Under the pieces are notes generated by a model that saw only the letters and a program-made list of their open reading frames with translations, made no database searches and was not told the DNA's origin. From Myxococcota bacterium (lineage in GTDB: Bacteria > Myxococcota_A > Bradymonadia > UBA7976 > UBA1532), in contig JAKLJY010000075.1 of NCBI GenBank assembly GCA_023150895.1, positions 1 through 39,723 of the forward strand: a stretch of 39,723 nt of DNA. The letters are read 5' to 3'. Shown piece after piece: positions 37,149 to 39,723 of the stretch; the first letter of the stretch is position 1; each line of letters begins with the position of its first letter. The position numbers and the translations under genes are program-made.

Positions 37149-39167
37149 CTACGGGATCGCGTCCTCGATGTTCGAATAGAGACCGTAGATGCGCCCGCAG
37201 ACGGGGTGCTGGATGAACGCGCGGGACCGGTAGCGGTAACGCCCGCCGTTGACCCGCGGCGCGTCGAGGTGGCTGCGCGCCTCGGCCGGCAAATCACCGC
37301 TGATGTTGTCCCAGGCCGCGGCGTCGCCGGCATCCTCGCCGGGGTCGAGCCGGGCCACGCGGAAGCCGGAGACCGCCGGCCCCTGATACTCCCAGGTCAC
37401 CCGCACGGGCTGTGGCTCGGGGGTGTTTTCGCCCTGTCGCGCGGCGACCAGATTGCGGGGGGCCGGGGGGCCTGCGGGGCACTCGTTGCCGCCCCCGGCG
37501 CAGTCCCCGCCGTCGAGCCCGCAGGCCGCGACGTTGCAGTCTTCGTCGCACTCGCCATCGCCGATCCAGTCGGCGGGGCAGCCGGGCGCACACTCCGCGC
37601 CGGGCTCGCCGCCCGCGCAGTCCCCCCCGTCGAAGGCGCAGGCCGCGACGTTGCACGCGTCGTCGCAGACGCTGTCACCGGGCCAGTCCGCGGGGCAGCC
37701 GGGGGCGCACTCCTCGCCCGGGTTGACCTCGGCGCAGTCCCCCGCGTCGAAGCCGCAGGGGCCCACGTTGCAGACATCGTCGCAGGTGCCGTCGCCGAGC
37801 CACTCCACGGCGCAATCCGGCGCGCAGACGGCCGGGCCGCCCTCACAATCGCCCGCGTCGAACCCACAGGCGGCCACCCGGCAGGCGACGTCGCAGGTGC
37901 CGTCGCCAATCCACTCGGCGGGGCAGCCCGGGGCACAGTCGGGGCCCGGCACCACGCCCGCGCAGTCGCCGTCGTCGAAACCGCACGCCTCGACGTCGCA
38001 GGTCGCATCGCAGGTGCCATCGCCGCGCCACTCCGGGAAGCAGTTGGGCGCACACTGTTCGACACCCGGATCCGGGCCGGGTCCGGCCTCGCAGTCCCCC
38101 CCGTCGAAGCCGCAGGCCTCAACGTTGCAGTCGACGTCGCAGGTGCCGTCGCCGCGCCACTCGGCGTAACAGCCGGGGGCGCAGAGCGCGGGATCCGGCC
38201 CCGGTCCGGGACCCCCCGCGCAGTCGCCGTCGTCGAAACCGCAGGCCTCGACGTCACAGTCGGCGTCGCAGGTGCCGTCCCCGCGCCACTCGGCGAGGCA
38301 GCCCGCGGCGCAGAGACCGGGATCGGGCCCGGGGCCCCCGGCGCAGTCGCCGTCGTCGTGATTGCAGGCCGCCACGTCGCAGTCGACGTCGCAGGTGCCG
38401 TCGCCGCGCCATTCGGCGAGGCAACCGGGCGAGCAGACCTCGTCGGGGTCCACCCCGGGGCCGGCGTCGGGGGCGTCGGCGCAGTCGCCGTCGTCGTGAT
38501 CGCAAGCAGCGGTGTTGCAATCGACGTCGCAAGTGCCATCGCCCCGGAACGCCGCCAGACAGCCCGGCGCGCAGAGTTGGCCGGGGTCGAAGCCGGGGCC
38601 GGCGTCGGGCACGTCGGCGCAGTCACCGTCGTCGTGATTGCAGGCCTCGACGTTGCAGTCGACGTCGCAGGTGCCGTCGCCGCGGAAGGCCGCCAGACAG
38701 CCCGGCGCGCACGCCTGATCGGGATCGAGGCCCGGGCCGGCGTCGGGCACGTCGGCGCAGTCGCCGTCGTCGTGATTGCAGGCCGCGACGTTGCAGTCGA
38801 CGTCGCAGGTGCCGTCGCCGCGGAAGGCCGCCAGGCACCCCCGCGCACAGGCGTCGGGGTCGGGCCCGGGCGCGCCACCCGTGCCGCCCGATGCGTTGCC
38901 GCCCGATGCGTTGCCGCCCGTCGCCCCGCCGGTGCCGCCGGTTGCAACTCCGCCGGTGCCGCCGGTTGCGACTCCGCCGGTGCCGCCCGTGAGACCCCCG
39001 CCGGTGCCGCCCGCGACCCCGCCGCTGCCGGTGCCGGCGTCGTCTCCCGTCGAGGCCGCGTCGGTATCGGTGTTTTCGCCGCAGCCGGCGGCCGTCAGGG
39101 TCAGGAGCAACGCCAGGCGGGCCGCCCGACCGATCGTCGTGCCCAGCGGGCTTCGTTCGAGCGCCAT
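37149..39167 (-). CDS. Lipoprotein with about 14 tandem Lin-12/Notch (LNR) repeats, an N-terminal Gly/Thr-rich linker and a C-terminal FN3-like domain
   Basis: Start MALERSPLGTTIGRAARLALLLTLTAAGC. The linker is GTGGGLTGGTGGVATGG…. Repeats such as CAPGCLAAFRGDGTCDVDCNVAACNHDDGDCA match the LNR consensus C-x3-C-x5-GDG-x-CD-x2-CN-x3-C-x2-D(G/D)GDC. The C-terminus PAPRNLVAARQGE…VRVTWEY is FN3-like. Confidence 0.75.
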   Translation of the reverse strand: MALERSPLGTTIGRAARLALLLTLTAAGCGENTDTDAASTGDDAGTGSGGVAGGTGGGLTGGTGGVATGGTGGVATGGTGGATGGNASGGNASGGTGGAPGPDPDACARGCLAAFRGDGTCDVDCNVAACNHDDGDCADVPDAGPGLDPDQACAPGCLAAFRGDGTCDVDCNVEACNHDDGDCADVPDAGPGFDPGQLCAPGCLAAFRGDGTCDVDCNTAACDHDDGDCADAPDAGPGVDPDEVCSPGCLAEWRGDGTCDVDCDVAACNHDDGDCAGGPGPDPGLCAAGCLAEWRGDGTCDADCDVEACGFDDGDCAGGPGPGPDPALCAPGCYAEWRGDGTCDVDCNVEACGFDGGDCEAGPGPDPGVEQCAPNCFPEWRGDGTCDATCDVEACGFDDGDCAGVVPGPDCAPGCPAEWIGDGTCDVACRVAACGFDAGDCEGGPAVCAPDCAVEWLGDGTCDDVCNVGPCGFDAGDCAEVNPGEECAPGCPADWPGDSVCDDACNVAACAFDGGDCAGGEPGAECAPGCPADWIGDGECDEDCNVAACGLDGGDCAGGGNECPAGPPAPRNLVAARQGENTPEPQPVRVTWEYQGPAVSGFRVARLDPGEDAGDAAAWDNISGDLPAEARSHLDAPRVNGGRYRYRSRAFIQHPVCGRIYGLYSNIEDAIP
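37440..38870. repeat. Tandem roughly 96–102-bp coding repeats (LNR modules) within the 37149..39167 gene
   Basis: Reiterated 'cagtc(g/c)ccgtcgtcgtgattgcaggcc(g/t)cgacgt(t/c)gcagtcgacgtcgcaggtgccgtcgccgcg…' units are visible by eye across about 1.4 kb. Confidence 0.7.
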
Positions 39168-39418
39168 CGTGACCTCCCCGTAAAATGCTCGGGGGTCACG
39201 CTAACAGAGGCGCCCGGTATCCGTCGATGCGCGGTTGGAGCATGTCGCCGTAACGCCCGCCGGCTGCGGTCGCCCGTTTCGGCCGCCCGCCGGCTTTCGG
39301 CTTCACTCCCTTGGTCGCGCTACCAACGGGTAGCGCTCGGTCGGTCGTTCCAGGCGCGCTCGGCGGTCGCCTCGACCCGAGCGACCTCGCATCGGCATCG
39401 GTTACGGCGACAAGCTCC

Positions 39419-39723
39419 TATAGCCCGCAATCGCCGCCGTCGAAACCGCAGGCGGCCACGTCGCACTCGACGTCGCACCATCCGTCGCCGGGCCAGTCGG
39501 CGGGGCAGCCGGGGGCGCACTCCGCACCGGGATCCGCGCCCCCGCCGCAGTCGCCGCCGTCGAAGTTGCACTCGGCCACGTCGCATTCGGCGTCGCACCA
39601 GCCATCGCCGGGCCAGTCGGCGGGGCAGCCGGGGGCGCACTCGCCGCCGGGGTCGCCGCCGCCCGCACAGTCGCCGTCGTCGAAGAAGCACGCCGCGAAG
39701 TAGCAGTAGTCGTCGCAGTAACC
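39419..39723 (-). CDS. 3' end of a second LNR-repeat protein gene (partial; continues beyond the window end)
   Basis: Reverse-complement translation of 39422–39723 gives …CDDYCYFAACFFDDGDCAGGGDPGGECAPGCPADWPGDGWCDAECDVAECNFDGGDCGGGADPGAECAPGCPADWPGDGWCDVECDVAACGFDGGDCGL*. No Met lies inside the window, so the ORF track does not list it. Confidence 0.55.

Noticed and set aside
38881-39060. Short tandem repeats (ccgccggtgccgccggttgc…) that look like a possible array
   Set aside because: They encode the Gly/Thr-rich linker (GTGGVATGGTGG…) of the LNR lipoprotein on the minus strand. There are no spacer-like unique units, so this is not CRISPR.
39311-39336. Hairpin gcgctacc-aacg-ggtagcgc downstream of the partial LNR gene, considered as an intrinsic terminator
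   Set aside because: No U-tract follows on the transcribed (minus) strand. Left as an unassigned inverted repeat.

Overview
This is a 39.7-kb, roughly 70% GC window that looks like a myxobacterial-type chromosome (inferred from GC content, an abundance of lipoprotein and secreted genes, and caspase/FGE/CotH/LNR domain content). Coding density is high on both strands. No rRNA, tRNA or CRISPR array was found. Most long ORFs on the opposite strand of real genes are Arg/Pro-rich GC artefacts. The ORF track writes GTG starts as M. Start coordinates below were set by frame arithmetic on the track; many are N-terminal trims of the listed ORFs to the first Met or GTG that gives a plausible signal peptide or conserved N-terminus. 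Gene content, in window order:

1. Three tandem paralogues of a secreted caspase (peptidase C14)–FGE-sulfatase fusion (1–758 partial, 1117–3801 with PEGA repeats, 5990–8089 with a coiled-coil linker). Each is followed by a copy of a structured roughly 140–250-bp intergenic repeat.
2. A tightly overlapping two-gene cassette on the minus strand, nested between paralogues 2 and 3: an AAA_21/ABC-type ATPase and a DUF4276-like protein. It is a candidate OLD/PARIS/AbiL-like defence module.
3. An Uma2-type endonuclease, a DUF4384-like secreted protein and several unknown lipoprotein or secreted genes, including a HEAT-repeat protein.
4. A minus-strand module: ECF sigma, zf-HC2 anti-sigma, a 1427-aa S8 subtilase, and a Lys-rich peptidoglycan-binding HExxH zincin.
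5. sthA translationally coupled to a CotH-family lipoprotein.
6. A 2.9-kb block bounded by ~90-bp direct repeats, carrying an RHH antitoxin, a truncated PIN toxin and a lipoprotein.
7. A small ORF overlapping a nucleotidyltransferase-fold gene.
8. A eukaryote-like major vault protein homologue coupled by a GTGA overlap to an AmpG-like MFS permease, with a divergent LysR regulator.
9. Two genes encoding tandem Lin-12/Notch (LNR) repeat proteins.

The most unusual items are the bacterial vault-protein operon, the ATPase+DUF4276 cassette, the LNR-repeat proteins and the caspase–FGE paralogue array with its repeat element.
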